A stretch of DNA of 63,382 nt, the filler included, from Octopus bimaculoides (Eukaryota), in assembly GCF_001194135.2 (NCBI RefSeq). It is 4 parts of 4 records of this genome, joined end to end, with 100 filler letters (N's around TTAATTAATTAA, not from the genome) between each part and the next. Parts side by side here need not be neighbours in the genome. Positions count along the whole stretch, not along the records: positions 47,370 to 63,382 come from NC_069004.1; 3 more parts are not named here. One strand, given 5' to 3'. The notes below the pieces were generated by a model. That model was not told the DNA's origin, ran no database searches, and was given only the letters and a program-made list of their open reading frames with translations. Below, one piece after another: positions 62,383 through 63,382 of this stretch. Position 1 is the first letter of the stretch. Each line of letters opens with the position of its first letter. The translations under genes were made by a program, and so were the position numbers.

Positions 62383-63382
62383 AGAGTTGTACTCAGCGCA
62401 CGACAATTTTACATTTCAGGTTTCGTCTTTTATTGCTAAACGTAATATAAAGACCGCATCAAGAATGATGAAGCGTTCAGGTTGATTATGCGTGCTGCAT
62501 TTATGAGGTGTATCTAAGGATTACATTTGTGTGATATCATGTGTTGCGGAATACTGAAACATATGTAACATGACATAAGGAATACTAAGTTCAAGCTCAT
62601 GGTCTTTTCTCCGATTTTATGTACATATCAGCATCACATTGATGTCATTTAACAAAATCACAACATGGAATTTGTAAAAGCATATTATGAAACAAGTTTA
62701 TCATTTTTCTTAATTGCAATCAAATATCTTACACAAGAAATGTCTTAACATATATATATATATATTCTAGGATAAAACAACAATAGTAGCAACAATAACA
62801 AACAACAATAACAACAATTACAACAATGGGATTCCTCGTAAGGATTGTATGCCATGATTTCATAAACGGAAAATATATCTTTGAGGAGCTAAAAGAAAGT
62901 TTCACATAAGAAAACAACACAAGATTGATCTATCCAACATAATTAAATTCTATATGCATGTATCACTAGAAACGAAAACATGTTTTGATACAGTTTGTCT
63001 GAATTAGGCTTTACTGGCTTTATAGAACTCAAAGGTAAAATGTGATTCTTAGATTTTCTAAATTAGAAACAAAATGAAAAGTGACACATTCAATTATATT
63101 ATCATCATTTATATATACATATATATTACATTATATTATATTAAATATTATATTATATTATATTATATTATATTATATTATATATTTATGAAAATATTTT
63201 CTCAAATTAAGATCGAGTATTATAAAAGGAAATCTTTTGAAATCCTAAACACAGATCTGAGGGAAGGAAACTTTTGTGTAAGGGTTTTCAAATTTTTGTT
63301 GTGACCATATCAAGAAATTCTTGTAAATCTTTATATGTATATATACATACGTACATATATATTATATATGAATATATATATA

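Overview
AT-rich, microsatellite-laden eukaryotic genomic DNA. The SINE/LINE repertoire and repeat style point to an octopod cephalopod, probably Octopus (inference). Most ORFs in the supplied track are microsatellite or N-gap artefacts. Three artificial N44-TTAATTAATTAA-N44 spacers split the window into four blocks (1-15481, 15582-44683, 44784-47269, 47370-63382), and adjacency across them is not guaranteed. The only strong protein-coding signal is on the minus strand of the last block: two large exons (61684->57479 and 52277->51342). Each opens with a strong phase-0 splice acceptor and encodes a short stalk, one transmembrane helix with juxtamembrane Cys, a basic stop-transfer cluster, a long disordered Tyr-motif-rich tail and its own stop. 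The simplest reading is a single-pass receptor or adaptor with swappable TM+cytoplasmic-tail terminal exons whose shared upstream exons lie outside the window. This is not proven, and I cannot name the gene. The second highlight is a 430-bp non-autonomous element (18675-19104) flanked by a 14-bp direct repeat. It combines an inverted pair of tRNA-like heads around a (TAA)/(TTA) spacer with a Penelope/retrozyme-type type I hammerhead motif, and a deleted relative lies at 15.1-15.2 kb. Other content: decayed Penelope, R4/Dong, CR1 and RTE fragments, an intact hAT MITE, many tRNA-derived SINEs, a local tandem duplication that preserves a SINE empty site, a cryptic CRE-like minisatellite and several low-confidence orphan exon candidates.
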